Shown piece after piece: positions 15,359-31,306 of a stretch of DNA of 64,000 nt (position 1 is the stretch's first letter; each line of letters starts with the position of its first letter). Source of the DNA: Eledone cirrhosa. Taxonomy: Eukaryota. The DNA is taken from positions 121,830,001-121,894,000 of the forward strand of contig OZ024740.1 in assembly GCA_964016885.1 (NCBI GenBank), written 5' to 3'. The position numbers and the translations under genes were made by a program. The notes under the pieces are model-generated. The model worked only from the letters and a program-made list of their open reading frames with translations. It did not search any database and was not told where the DNA came from.

Positions 15359-15362
15359 GTAC

Positions 15363-15436
<74 letters not shown>

Positions 15437-15444
15437 GTACGTAC

Positions 15445-15494
<50 letters not shown>

Positions 15495-15498
15495 GTAC

Positions 15499-15539
<41 letters not shown>

Positions 15540-15548
15540 TGTACGTAC

Positions 15549-15594
<46 letters not shown>

Positions 15595-16520
15595 GGGTTC
15601 TGTGTATATTTGCACCAGTCAAATCAGAATTAATGTTTTTGTTCATGTCCTTTCAATAAGGATATAAGAACTAGACAGAAATAAGTATCCGAATTGTTGT
15701 GAAAGATTTAAAGATTGAAAGTGATGCTCCTTCAAGACCGTATCCAGGTTAACTGAAACGAGATAAAATTAATAAAGGAATAGATATATTTAAGTAAATT
15801 ATCGCCCGTTGAAAAATCTTTTTAGAAATGTAATTATTTAATACAGCGGAGTCCATAATAAGTAAATGAGATCTCTGGATGAAATTCGCCGAATCATCAC
15901 AATCGGAATCAGGCTATATTGAACGCAATCAATATTCATACTTTATTTCATGTTCGTAGCAAGTAAAAGAAACTGTTAGCATAACTGTAGTAGCCATCAA
16001 ACGTTGTTAGAATCTCATCGGCATATAGATGAACTAAAAGCCGAAACAACAATTGTCAAATATCGACTATAATATAAATGTGTCAATGAGATGAAGCTAT
16101 TAATACGTAGAACGGAAATACAACGTATTTACTCCAACAAAGCGTTCAATGATATTCATATTTGTTTTCAGCGAATCAATTTTTTGCTCTCTAATATGTT
16201 GAGTAGTTCATAACAAATATTACTACGTAGCTATCAAAGAGGAAGCAATAATTTCTGCAAATGATTTTCATTAACACTCTTTTTCATTCTATTAGTTAAG
16301 TATTATCGTCTATCTGGTACGAAACAACATTTATTTGAAAAGTATAAACGTCTATACCTCGTGACTAGCAATGGATATAGAATATTTCATTGGGAAATAA
16401 ACAATGACATGGAAATATGTGCTGGAAGCTCTTTTAACTACAAACCATATAAGACATTAATTTGAGTCAAGTGCTTAGTAAATATAGTATTTCTGGATCC
16501 TTTCAGTCACTGAAGGCGAC

Positions 16521-16670
<150 letters not shown>

Positions 16671-18297
16671 GTTGCGACACCTCTCTACCTTTTGTCTTCC
16701 GCCTTTACAATGGTACCTTGTCTAGAGGAACCAACCTGTGAATATTTATACTGAACATCAACAGTATTCTTCTCATTGCTTTATTTTTCATTTCATTTGT
16801 TATACTGGTTTCTTTATTCGTCACATTCGACTAAACCATTTTTATAAAAATCTACATTACTATTACATTTCATGATACTTTTCAGTTACATATTTATTTG
16901 CTATAATCAATACACATCTAAAACATTTATTCTATATTTCTTTCATGAAACCCATTTCATAATTTCTATGCAGCAACAAGTCACAATTTCACTGTTATGT
17001 GTTGTTCCGCATGTTGACCCTGTTGATACTGTAATATGCCAATTCATTTGTACAAAAATCCAGGGCAGAAAGTGATTTATTGATTGCATTGATAGATTGT
17101 TGGTTAGTGAGCCACAAATTCCTGCTGAAGAATATAAATTATTATATATTTTATATGTAATGTAGTGATGCATGTAAAAATATATTAGTATAAAATAATG
17201 GTAAGAAATGCGTGATTGTTATCGAAATTACTATTACACGCTTAAACATATGTATGTTAATCCTCCCTTTCAAAATCTGCTGCATGTTCCGACAGGGAAA
17301 AATAGCTGTTTTACTCAAACATATATGATTTAGTTGATAACTTTTGAAAATATAGTAACAGGGAAGAAGGCTGGATAAATTAACAGACAAGGCTGCTAAG
17401 ATTATGTCACAACTAAATCAAAAGATGCAGTCTTCGGTGAATTGGAAGTTGCAAGAACAAATATATTTTAATAAATCCCGTATATATATATATGTTTTAC
17501 TAATTGTCTGTTAGAAGATTACGAAACAGCCATTTGAAAGGATGAATATATATGGAATAGCGTAATGCAGTTGGATTGGAGTTATTCTTCCTACACCTGA
17601 TTAGTGTTACGTAAAAACACGTGTACACTGGAGGATTTTCAATAGTAGCAAATATAGAAAACATCGGTAATCGGCTTCATAGATAATGGGGTGCTTTGTT
17701 CTCTGTGTTCTCTCTACCGTGTAAAAACAGGCAATATTTATTCTCATCTCTTAATCGAAGTTTTCCATTAAGCTATCTGTTATTAGCACTCGGATACATT
17801 GTACTATATGTTGGGATTCAAGCATAAAATAACACATATTAATAGCTGCAAGCAATAGCAACAGCAACTACGAATATTTTATTTTGATAGAATAATGGAG
17901 ACGAAGTAACGGCTTCAATCCAATGTTAAATTCATTTCCTAAACACACAGAAGGATAATGCACTTGGAAGTAGTTTCAAATATCTACTTTGTATTTTCTA
18001 TTTCTTAAAACACAGGACCGGTTTATTCGGTGAAATCTTTCAATTAATCATTTAAACCAACGAAGGACGATTCAACAATAACTTAATTCATTTCCATAAA
18101 CTTTTAAGATATTAAATCTACATGAAAAACATCGCAATGAGTAAGGAAGGAACAATACAGAAATCTATGAAATGAGCTATATTATTCAAATATGAATTTA
18201 GTACATCTGATCTCTAATACACACACACGTACACACACCCACGCGTACATTCAGGCACACACACAGACATGCATATATGTATATGTATATATGTACA

Positions 18298-19884
<1,587 letters not shown>

Positions 19885-20696
19885 TCTGCCGTGTTTGTTC
19901 TTTTAAGTTGGTATTTAAAAGACGAATGATGATTATAAAGACGAGCTTTAAAGGAAGTGGAAGTGGAGCAAAAATAGGTAAAGGAATTGGTGTCAGTTAT
20001 AACTTTACAACATAGATTATATGAATGTAAAGTTATAACTGACACCAATTCCTTTAACTATTTTGACTCCACTTCCGTCTCCTTTAAAGCTGGTCTTTAT
20101 AATCATCATTCGTCTTTTAAATACCAACTTAAAAGAACCAACACGGCACTCTCAGAACTCACATGGTACTTGAAAGACAAAAATATTAACTATAACATCT
20201 CTTGGAGGAAGGTTTGTTCTGCTTCTCCATACTTGAATGCCTCTCTATCCAAGACATGTAATCTCTGTTTATGTGAGAAATTTACCATTATGTCTAATTT
20301 AGATTCTATAATAAATAGACGCACTGACTTGTTTTCTATCTGCTTGCATAAATTCCACAGAACATTCCATAAAGTATATCTAATAATTTACCAATTTAAA
20401 ATCCTTTTTCTCAAAGGCACACATATATATACATATATATTTCTTTAAAAATATACCCATCTTTCTACCTTATTTCAATGTTATTTATTATACATTATAT
20501 AATACTAGTTACTCATTCTATATCACTTCTCTTTCTTTCTTTTTTTTTCCTTTTTTCTTTTAATTTCTAACCTCTAATCTGTACCTTTTCTTCCTAGATA
20601 CTTCTCAATTCTCATTATTACTCACCACAATATATACACTCTTCCTTCTTCCATCCTATCACTGGCCTTAACATTTACTATTACCCTTTTAAATAC

Positions 20697-20765
20697 TTTG
20701 CGAAGGATTTTTCAAGGTGATACTATAAATACTTTATAGTATCACCTTGAAAAATCCTTCGCAAA
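20697..20765. repeat. Perfect 33-bp-arm hairpin with a 3-nt loop
   Basis: TTTGCGAAGGATTTTTCAAGGTGATACTATAAA-TAC-reverse complement. Confidence 0.95.
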
Positions 20766-21502
20766 CATAAACATTTTTTTTTACGTTAGATTATTCATCC
20801 TCAATTCATTATTTTTTCTCCCTTTCATGCTCATCTAACTTCTACATATTACACATCATAACACATAAAATCAAACTTAAACCCTAACTAATCTCTTTTA
20901 TTACATTATATTATTACCATTAGGAATTACTTCATAAACATACATATTTTGATGTTAAGGTTTTCTCCTTAAACACTATCTCCTTCTTTGCTTTCTCCGC
21001 TCATTTGTAAACAAACTATTTACATATATTAATTCATCCACTCTTCTACTTCTTTTCACAATATATCCTTAATTACATTACTATTTTATATTTTTTAATA
21101 ATACATATCAACATTTTATTTCCATCGCACATATTATTAAACTCTTCAATATACAAACCTTAATTTAACATTATTCTTAAATGTTTCTCTTCGTTAATTT
21201 TCAAATTCTTTTAATTTATATATTATCTTCCAACGGTTTTTTAACTTCTCTCTGTAAAACAATATATTTTTCTCAGTTATAAAAGCTATCTCTCTCTCTC
21301 TATCACCCATCTCTCTTCCAGTCTCATCCTTCCTTATTGTACTCCTCACCCTCCATTCTTTACTCTCATTTCCTCCTCTTTTTCACCCTCCTCTTTAATT
21401 TTTTTCCAAATATCACACATCAATCTAAAACTACTTTTCATATGTTGATTTAAAACTGCACTATTCAGAAGTGTTTTTTAACCTTCATATCATGTCTCCC
21501 TA

Positions 21503-21569
21503 TTTTATCTGACGAAAACGCAAATGTCATCGCATGATGATATTTGATTTTGAAATGCGCATAATAAAA
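21503..21569 (+). ncRNA. Hammerhead ribozyme, family A, canonical core
   Basis: TTTTAT-CTGACGA-AAA..CAAATGTCATC GCAT GATGATATTTG..TTT-GAAA-TGCGCA-TA-ATAAAA. Confidence 0.8.
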
Positions 21570-21599
21570 TACATGGAACTCTTTTAACCATCTTTTGAT

Positions 21600-21657
<58 letters not shown>

Positions 21658-21989
21658 TTGTTATATACGTATTTATTTATTTATATACGTTTATTTAATT
21701 ATTTATTTATTTGTATACACGCATACACACACACATATTTATATGTGCGTGGTTTTGTATACCTATGGTAAGTGTTTTCGCGTATGCTTATGTATGTACG
21801 AATTTGTATGCGTGTATGCATTTATTTAATTTCTATTACCTCTGTATTGTATTTATTTATCTATCTCTATATATAGAGAGAGAGAGAGAAAATTGAGGTT
21901 GGTAATGGCACATGGAATATATAAGAGACAGAATACTTTTTTGTGAAAAAACATAATTTTATAAGGTAAGGAAATAATAAAGGGTATAA

Positions 21990-22037
21990 AAAATGACCGG
22001 TTTCGATGGGTCTGCAAAAGCCATCTTTTCAAATGTT
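21990..22037 (-). ncRNA. Minimal hammerhead ribozyme, U3-A8 core variant (inverted pLTR)
   Basis: Reverse complement of 25997-26044. Confidence 0.7.
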
Positions 22038-22551
22038 GATTAATATTAAGAAAAATTAATAATACGAAGAGTTAAAATTTGAGACTTGAAAATTCAAGTA
22101 TAAAATTCATTGTGGGATTTCATAGCAGTTTTCATCTAGGTAGCAACAACAGGTTGACTGCTGTGTCCCTTTCTGGTAGTGAATGAGAAGTTATTTGGGG
22201 TGTGGGTTATTTTATAAAGGTCAGATTTAGCAATCGCCAGCTGCTGGTCAGTGAGGGGGTGGAAGCAACAACAGAACTTACCCACAACCACACCAGACAT
22301 CACCCTCAATCCAACAAAAGACAACCCCCCAGCCTCAACACTCTGTACCACAGAAATAACGCACCCAGACCACATGAACCAACAACAGAACCCTTGCTCA
22401 TCAACAACCACAACACATACCACCCCCACCATCACATTCACCCTCATGAAACAACAAGCTACAGACCCACACGCAACAGACCAACAAAATATAATCACAC
22501 ACAAAACTACATTCCTTTTTTAGGGAAAAGCCTGAAATACCAGGATACTCG

Positions 22552-24828
22552 ATGGCCCCCCCTCAGGAGAAACCAAAAATAATCAACCTCTCAAAGACAC
22601 CTCTAACCAACACACAAATCAACATTTTAAGTAAGGGCCTGAAATTTACACCTACACCACGTAAACCAAACTTCCCCGAAATGAAGGATGACATCATGGA
22701 ATACTGCCGAAAGCTGCGACTAACGGAATTCTTCCACAACGACACCAACACTGAAGACGAATCACTGGTTAGAAATAAAAGCAATTTCTGCCCACAAAAG
22801 GAAAGAAATAAAGCACTGGACACGTACTGCGAACACATCACCAACTTTCCCTATGAAAAAATTACAAATAAACACACGAAATCAAACCTATCTACACACG
22901 AATGGGAAGAATTATTCACACTTAGAAACAACCCTGAGATAACTATCAAAGAAGCCGATAAAGGCAGTACTGTTGTGATTATGAATACGGACTACTATAG
23001 GACCCTCGCACTTAACATTTTAGAAAACAACACATACTATGAAAAAACAGAAAACTACAAACACACCAAAACAATGGGGAACCTTTTGACCTTACTGAAT
23101 AAATACCGCAACAGCTTAACCACAAAAGAGTTTAACTATATAAGCCACTTCAAATGCAATACAAGCTCTTTTTACGGCTTACCGAAACTTCACAAATGTA
23201 AACCCATAAACGATGCATGTGACACCTCAACCAACAATTACATTGAACTAACACCACCAGAAGACCTAAAACTCAGGCCAATTATAGCAGGCCCTACATG
23301 TGAAACCCACAGACTTAGCAACTTTCTGGACATCCTACTGAAACCCTTTCTACAACATATACAGAGCTACATACGAGATGACCTTGACATGCTGAAACAC
23401 CTCCCTAAAACAGTAAGTGCAAATACAATTCTTGTCTCCTTTGACGTAATAAACCTCTACACAAACATACCTCACAACTATGGAATAACAGCAGTCCAAT
23501 ACTGGCTTAACACACACCCATCAGAAATACCGACACGCATCAACACAGATTTTATCACTGACGGACTCCGCTTTATCCTACAAAATAACTACTTCACATT
23601 CAATGGTTCAACATACAGACAAGTATCAGGTACGGCAATGGGCACGAAAGTAGCACCCACATATGCCAACCTAGTCATGGGATTCCATGAACAACAAATA
23701 TACAGTCAGTCCCTTCTCTTATTTGGAGACTCTTTCCACACACACCTCAAAGCCAATTGGAAAAGATGTCTAGACGACTGCTTTATCCTATGGCAAGAAG
23801 ACATGAACTCACTTACTACGTTTAAAAACATGATAAACAACATAGATAATAACATACAATTCACAATGGAATCCAATCCTAAGGAATTAGCCTTCTTGGA
23901 TATTCTCATCTCTGTAATAGACGGGAAATTAGATACAGATATATTCTATAAACCCACAGATTCCAAGCAATACCTCTTTTTCACATCAAGTCACCCAAAA
24001 CATACAAAACTTAACATTCCTTACAATTTGGCCAAACGTATATGTACCATAGTATCAGATCCACCTAAACGGGAGCAAAGACTAAAGGAACTAAAATACA
24101 CCCTTATCTTAAGAGCCTTTCCACTTGAAATAATCAACAATGGAATAGACAGGGCAAAACACCTAAATCCCCATCAACTTAACAATCCAAAACAGAAAAC
24201 CACACTCAACACCCTGCCATATGTATCCACTTTCAACCCCAGAAATACCGAAATGTTTGATCACCTACACAAAAACCTCCCCATCCTACTTAAAGATGTA
24301 AAAATGAAGTCTATTCTTGAAACACACAAGATCCTTAAAAGTAAAAGACAACCCAAATCACTTAAACGCATTCTCACTGGACCAAATATACCCAAACCAA
24401 TCCTCAACCCTACAGTTACCAAATGTGGTAGAACAAACTGTGGAACGTGCCTCTACCTCACTGAAGGACAAACATTTACATTCAAAGATGGCCAAATATT
24501 TACAGTAAAAAACAATTTCACCTGCAACTCGGAGAACTTGATTTACGCAATAACTTGCGGTGGGTGCAAACACAACTACATAGGACAGACGGGCACCTCA
24601 TTACGCAAAAGAATGACCATCCACCGCCAACAAATCCGGGACGCTAACACAAGAAAAATCCCCTAGAGCAGCCATATTGCGAACTGCGCAGGAATGACAC
24701 TACCCAACTTTAAAATCTTCCCCTTCTACAAGTGCTCAGATTCGTTCACACAACAACAAAGAATAAACAAAGAAAATCTATTCCTTAACAAATTTAAACC
24801 AAAACTAAACGGGTTATCACCCCAATAG
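22552..24828 (+). pseudogene. PLE polyprotein: reverse transcriptase + Cys-rich linker + GIY-YIG endonuclease; in-frame TAG at 24664-24666
   Basis: LSKGLKFTPTP, IKEADKGSTVV, FYGLPKLHK, RPIIAG, SFDVINLYTNIP, GTAMGTKVAPTYANLVMG, RCLDD, CGRTNCGTC and LIYAITC..C..NYIGQT. The frame continues past the TAG to ...KENLFLNKFKPKLN. Confidence 0.92.
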
Positions 24829-25487
24829 AATTGTCATAAAATATAAACACACATACGCACGGAATCACTACTATTAAAGACCAGAGACCAATTCTGTAGA
24901 ATCAGGTTTATTCATTGACAGACCATGCCTTTGTGTGACCAACACATCCATGTTAAACCCTGCACGTGCACACACATATATCTATATATATATGCGCACA
25001 CAGAATTCACCACTGTCGGTTGCGGGGCCCAATCTACATGAAGAACTCAATGTGATCAGAATGACTTGTATTTTAATTTCACTGCCCCAACTTCTTATAT
25101 TATGGAAAAAATATATGTGTCTGTATGTATATATATATATATATATATTTGAAGGCCATTTCTCTGTGTGTGGGTGTATGTATGTGTGTGTGTGTGTGTG
25201 AGAGTATGTGTGTGCATGTGGATGTATGTATTGTGTGTGCGTGTGTGTGTGTGTGTGTGTGTATGTATGTGGGTATCTGGATGTATGCGTATGTGTATAT
25301 ATATATATATATATGCGTGTGTGTGTGTGTGTGTGTGTATATATGTGTGTGTATGTGTGTATATATATATGTGTGTGTATGTTTGTAGGTGTGTATGTAT
25401 ATATATATGTGTGTGTGTATGTATGTGTGGGTGTGTGTGTGTGTGTGTATGTATGTGTGTATCTGGATGTATGTGTATGTATATATA

Positions 25488-25546
<59 letters not shown>

Positions 25547-25607
25547 ATGTGTATATATATGTGTGTATGTGTGTATGTATATGTATGTGTGTGTGTATGT
25601 ATGTGTG

Positions 25608-25652
<45 letters not shown>

Positions 25653-25996
25653 GTATGTATGTGTGGATGAAGGTATGTGTGTATATATAGGTGTAAGTGC
25701 ACTAAATCCTTTTCTATCACGCTCCACTCTCCTACCCATCACAGGAAGATATATGTGTGTGTATATTGCTTCCACCCCCTCACTGACCAGCAGCTGGCGA
25801 TTGCTAAATCTGACCTTTATAAAATAACCCACACCCCAAATAACTTCTCATTCACTACCAGAAAGGGACACAGCAGTCAACCTGTTGTTGCTACCTAGAT
25901 GAAAACTGCTATGAAATCCCACAATGAATTTTATACTTGAATTTTCAAGTCTCAAATTTTAACTCTTCGTATTATTAATTTTTCTTAATATTAATC

Positions 25997-26044
25997 AACA
26001 TTTGAAAAGATGGCTTTTGCAGACCCATCGAAACCGGTCATTTT
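25997..26044 (+). ncRNA. Minimal hammerhead ribozyme, U3-A8 core variant (3' pLTR)
   Basis: AACAT-TTGAAAA-GATGG...CCATC-GAAA-CCGG-TC-ATTTT; palindromic stem III and weak stem I. Confidence 0.7.
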
Positions 26045-26180
26045 TTATACCCTTTATTATTTCCTTACCTTATAAAATTATGTTTTTTCACAAAAAAGTA
26101 TTCTGTCTCTTATATATTCCATGTGCCATTACCAACCTCAATTTTCTCTATAACCTTCGTTTTGTGTAGAAAATTACACT

Positions 26181-26242
<62 letters not shown>

Positions 26243-26255
26243 CTTAAAATGGAGT

Positions 26256-26306
26256 GACAATAAGAAGAAATTCAGAAACGGGGGGAAGATTTCCTCATCA
26301 GTTGTC
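26256..26306 (-). ncRNA. Degenerate hammerhead motif at the end of a pLTR-like fragment (~26241-26740)
   Basis: Reverse complement: GACAA-CTGATGA-GGAAA...TTTCT-GAAT-TTCTTCT-TA-TTGTC. Stem I is intact; the GAAA box and stem III are decayed. Confidence 0.45.
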
Positions 26307-26739
26307 TACTAGGGATCTCAGATATTTCTACGCTTTAAAGACAAGATATCTACCTCACAGAGCATCAATAACTGGGTAAGTTATTGGAAAAACGGAGGAG
26401 GGGGGGAAGGAAAACAGAAAGGAAAAAGTAAGAAAAGAGAAAACAACGTACAAAAAAAACGAACAAAAACAACAAACCGAGCAATGTGCGAGCAACCTAA
26501 GGTAAGAAAATCAAAGACCACAGCGATGAGAGAACTTAGGTTCAAGAGCGTGTGGGCTAGAGAAAAAAAACACGTCTGACCCTTGCGAGTTGTAAGTGAG
26601 AAAAGGACTACTAGAGGGTCAGGCGAGGGAAACAATGAGGTGGCAGGTAGAGAGATGATGAGTGAAAGTGAGAGGCAGAAAGGGAGAGGAAGAAAGTGGG
26701 ATAAGATTAGATACTAACGAAATAGGTAGGTATTGCGCT

Positions 26740-27050
26740 AGAGTCTAGATCAATACAGTTATGCAAGCGTTGACAACATATTTTAAGTCCATGTGTGTAA
26801 AATTGAAGACCATGCAAGTTAAACCATGTCAATGCAGCTTTCTTTACATCTTCAACTGGATACCATCTTTAACAACATCTCTTCCTCTTCTACAACGACT
26901 TATCCATGTAGGTTGTTGATTTCTTTGGTGCATTTTCTCGGTGAAGCTAGTGTGATTGATAAGATTCTTTACTTGTTTCAGTCATTATTTTGAATATATA
27001 TGTGGGTAGATATTCCCTGTATGACCGCAAAACAATAAAGGAAGCAATCA
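26740..27050 (-). mobile_element. Internally deleted mariner transposase remnant (Hsmar2/irritans-like)
   Basis: Manual translation gives ENAPKKSTTY/WISRCRRGRDVVKD fused to EDVKKAALTWFNLHGLQFYTHGL..CQRLHNCIDL. These resemble the Hsmar2 N- and C-termini as I recall them. Confidence 0.7.
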
Positions 27051-30000
27051 CGTTAATATACTGTTCAACCAAAATTTGAGTTATCATAACTAATTAGTAT
27101 TAAGAATTAAATTAGGTGTTAACTACTGAAAGTAAATGTTATTGTATGTAATTGAATTTAAATAAAACATCTTAGTTATTAATAATTATAGGGGTATTCC
27201 CATTCTCAATTCATTCGTTACGAATAGATATCCATGGTTTAGTCGAGTAAAATGGTGTGATGAACATTTATATACACTGGTTATGAGAAGAGCGTTTACA
27301 GTGAGTAAAAGCTGGAACATGAAATAGTTTTCATTACATTTACTGTGAATCAACTAGCATTCATACACAGTCTTTCCTAATCTTTGGAGTTGATTCAGAA
27401 ATACTATTTCATAAATTGAATCTGGTGAGAGTCGGGTATATTGACGTATGAACCTTGAGTTGAGGATGTAAAAAGACGATATTCAATTCTGTAACATATT
27501 TAGTCTTCTGCTCAACATATTTCACCCCATGAACGTTTCTACTATATAAGTAAAGCAATCCATAACAGATTAATAGAGATGTGTTTGTGGCCTTTACTCC
27601 AGCAGAAACAAAATAGACAAGTAAGAATAGAAGTCAAATACCTCACAAACAATCACTATGAGATAAAATTAGTCATAAACGAATACGTGTTAAATATATT
27701 ATAAGCATAACTGCGAATGAGCATAATATTTATTATAATGTATATGTATTTATTCATTTTATACTTTTTTCCACCACCAGACTACAGTCATGTGAGGAAA
27801 CACCTTCAAAGGTTTTAGTCAATAATATTGACTGCAGTGTTTATTTCAATTTGGTGCTTGTTTTATCGATCAGTATTTATCACCTCACTCAGTAAAACAT
27901 TGATATATAGGGACAAGAGTAAACATACTGGTTTTCCGCAGTAATTAAAGAACGGGAATAGAAACAAGCACAGACACAGACACAGGCACACACACTCAGT
28001 AACTCACTTACTCACAAACACACACACACACAGACTATCAAACAGATAAGAGGATATTAATATGTAGAAAGAAGTCATGTTCTCCCTTGGAACAACCAGT
28101 CTTAATGGTAATTAGATCAAATGAGTCATCAGAATTTTGTCATCTCATCTTGTATCGTTGTAGATTTTTAGGGTGTCCAAATAACGTTGCTACATAATGG
28201 TAACTCGCACTTTCATTGACAAATTATATTTCAAGTGTTAACCAAATATGTTTATGGGTGACAATCATTAAAGAAAAAGCTAAGTAGGAAATGTCGGAAG
28301 AAAATGAATATCAGAAAAAAGAAATTAGATATCTAAACCGTACTATAGTAAAGTAAAGAAAAGGCTAAGGGCAATTATTTTACTTGTAGGGAAGCTGTTC
28401 GGACAAACGGCTTCCCTTGACTAGCTTAAACCTGGTGGAGCCTATTCTTCTCAAGTTGGTACATAGATACTTTCTTCCAGATGAAGAAAGAGTGAAAAGT
28501 ATAAAGTGAGTTATAAGAAAAACACCTACTTTTAGGAGCGCACTGAGCGGATACATGGACCGTGGTATTGATAATCCTATACCCTAACGACCCTGTTAAT
28601 TCGCTGTCTTAAAATTAACATAAACAACAAAAATTAAAAACTAAACAGAATTCTATGATTTTAAATATATAGAAATCGAATTTGCTGCGATTAAACATGA
28701 AACGTAAGCCGCATTTTAAACTAGTCATACATTTTAATAATCAGTTGTAAACGCATGTGTGTGCGTTTGTTCGCTTGATTACATGGAAATGTTTACACAG
28801 AAATGTAATAATTAGCTCTCACCTCTAAAATGTGAACAGACTCTCTTAAGGTCGTAGGTTCATCTCAAATGTCCTACCTGATGCACAAGTGCTAGTCTAC
28901 CATTGTAATACATATAATAAACGAACACTGTAGCTTTAAGGTATCTTGAGGCAAATTATATTAGTTGTATGCATGATATTTTCTAACACCAGTTCAATTG
29001 ATGTTGTAAACATTAGGCTTCGAAAAGGTTAACGCTATTTCGAAAGTACTCTTCATCACACGTTAGTTTCTTTGCTATAAAATGTGCATGAACATGAGAT
29101 CTACAAAATTGATAGCGGCCTAAATTGGCAATAAATTATATATGGCTAGACTCAAATTCGACTTCAATTTGTCATGAATGCATGGCTCAAGGAAAGCGTA
29201 TTTTATAAGCCTAATGATAATAAAGTCTCAACCTCAACGATAACAACATTATGAAACTCAATCTATAATCATCAAGATGGAATCCATATAAATTATTCAA
29301 CGAGCTAACAGGAAAGCAAATATTCTCCGACCTGAAGCAAAAAAAATGAATTCAATTACCAAAGGAAATTTTGGAGTGAAAGACAATCAGCCAATTTAAG
29401 AAGTGTGGAATCATGAATAAACTGAAATAATTCAAATTATAAACGACTTTTAATGTGAACGAAAGGTGCTTATACCAACATTTGACGCACATCATCAACA
29501 GAAACGCTACCATTGTTGGGTTCATCATACACTCACATCATTGCACAGACCAATAAAGACACACGCATACACGTACACTCATACAAGCAGAGGAATGGAT
29601 TTTACACAAAGTATACAAAGTTTACAACACATCGAAAACACATTATGACACGTACATCCTCAAAATGGTACAGTGAACATGCGTGCGCTTTCCTCGAATG
29701 ATGTTTTTGTCTGTTTATTCCTCTTCATGCTCGCACCCATCTTCCTATTTCTTCTTCTATATGACATTCTATTTGCCGATGAAGGGTCAAAGTCAGAAAT
29801 GTTAATGCTCCTTCCCTCTTATATCAAGCGTTAACAAATATAAATCTTCATTGTACCGTATCTTTCCTATGTGGTGTTTTTCCTGGTCGACCTTTCGTAT
29901 ATACTCATGGAGCATCAGAAACAGGGACAATTCGTGTGAGCAGTTATTTTCCAGTTTGGTATTTATTATATGGCTGCCGACATATATTGTCTTCACCATC

Positions 30001-30330
30001 CATGGTGTTTCCAACGTATAACTTAATGTGTCCACTCTGGTGAAGCAATTGATTCATTTCTCATATAATTGGTGTTGCCCTATTGCAGATTCCGGCTTGA
30101 TGTTATACTTGAAATAATAATAACAATTATGCATATATTATTTAATAATTCATTCCTGTTTAAAGATGCTTGAGTCCACGGTATTCGTTGACCATTTCAT
30201 AATTGTAAGTAAGGACAACACCGTAATTTTTTTTTACATCCATTTAAATCAGATACAAAACATTTCCTCCATAATTTCATCAAACATTATCAAATATACA
30301 CGCACGAAATTGCGACGAATTTATATAGAA

Positions 30331-30362
<32 letters not shown>

Positions 30363-30363
<1 letters not shown>

Positions 30364-31306
30364 GTGGTGGAAAACTGGAAGGTAATATCCGTAGTGGTAG
30401 AGCACTTAGTCCATGGGACTTGTTAGGTAGAGCTGGTTACACAACAGTTAGTTCACAATACCGAGAACAATTGTTTCACCTTCGCGGAACCTCAGCTCGT
30501 AAATAGGTCATAAATACCGCTCCATCTGTAACCGACACAAAGTAAAACTAGAATACTCCTGCGCTAAGAACATGAAGGCCCACATTACCAACAGCCCTAA
30601 GCGCAACAACCCACCATGGTGCTCTTGCCGTAAGCCCGAAGCTTGTCCTCTTCAACTGCAATGCAACACACCCGCTGTAGTTTATGAAGCTGTGGTCACT
30701 TCCAACCGACCAATCAACCACAGGAGGTCAAATCCTATGTGGGTAAGGCGGAGGGCCGATTTAAGGAACGCTTCCTGAATCACCAGTCGACCTTTAGGTA
30801 CCCGGACAGACGTTCATCCACGAAACTTGCGAGCCACGTATGGTCCCTCAAGGACTCAAGTATAGACTACTACATTCAATGGAAAGCCATCACTAAGTCC
30901 AAACCATGCGCAAGGGGAAATCCGTTATGTGGACTATGTATTGGTGAACGAATAAATATTCTAAACAGATTCCGCAATAGCGATTGCCTAAAAACGTGTA
31001 TGAATTCTTCACACGTTGTACACACGTATCGAAACACCTCTTACGAAACTACAAAGCTCAGGATTGAATTACAACAACATCCTCATCTTCTTATCAACTA
31101 GAAATTTTTCGGACTTTCGCAGTTATCTCCCTTACTCCTCTCGCACTCATTTTAGTATTGCCTGTGTGAAGTGAGCGTTTCTGCGCATGCGCATTCGAAG
31201 GGTTGTTCTTCCTGTTCCGTATAACCATGTCCATTACGAGCTGAGGATCCGCTAAGGTGAAACAATTGTTCTCGGTATGGTGAATTAGCTGTTGTGTAAC
31301 CACTTC

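Larger units (their letters stand above)
19888..21603 (+). mobile_element. PLE family A, 3' part (inverted duplication + GIY-YIG + 3' pLTR)
   Basis: YECKVITDTNSFNYF.ST..FK..LYNH..SF...CNLCLCEK. 19888-20008 is inverted relative to 20027-20146, and the 3' end matches 9643-9755. Confidence 0.85.
21884..26185 (+). mobile_element. Young, near-full-length Penelope-like element (Neptune-type) with inverted upstream pLTR
   Basis: The ~385-bp arm 21884-22268 is a near-perfect reverse complement of 25766-26150. It contains an RT-GIY-YIG ORF, and its 3' end lies in (TA)n. Confidence 0.93.

Noticed and set aside
24664-24666. In-frame stop as possible selenocysteine recoding, as reported for some PLEs
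   Set aside because: The codon is TAG, not TGA, and it is one change away from a Leu codon.
29802-30035. 77-aa ORF in unique sequence
   Set aside because: No recognisable motif or convincing splice context.
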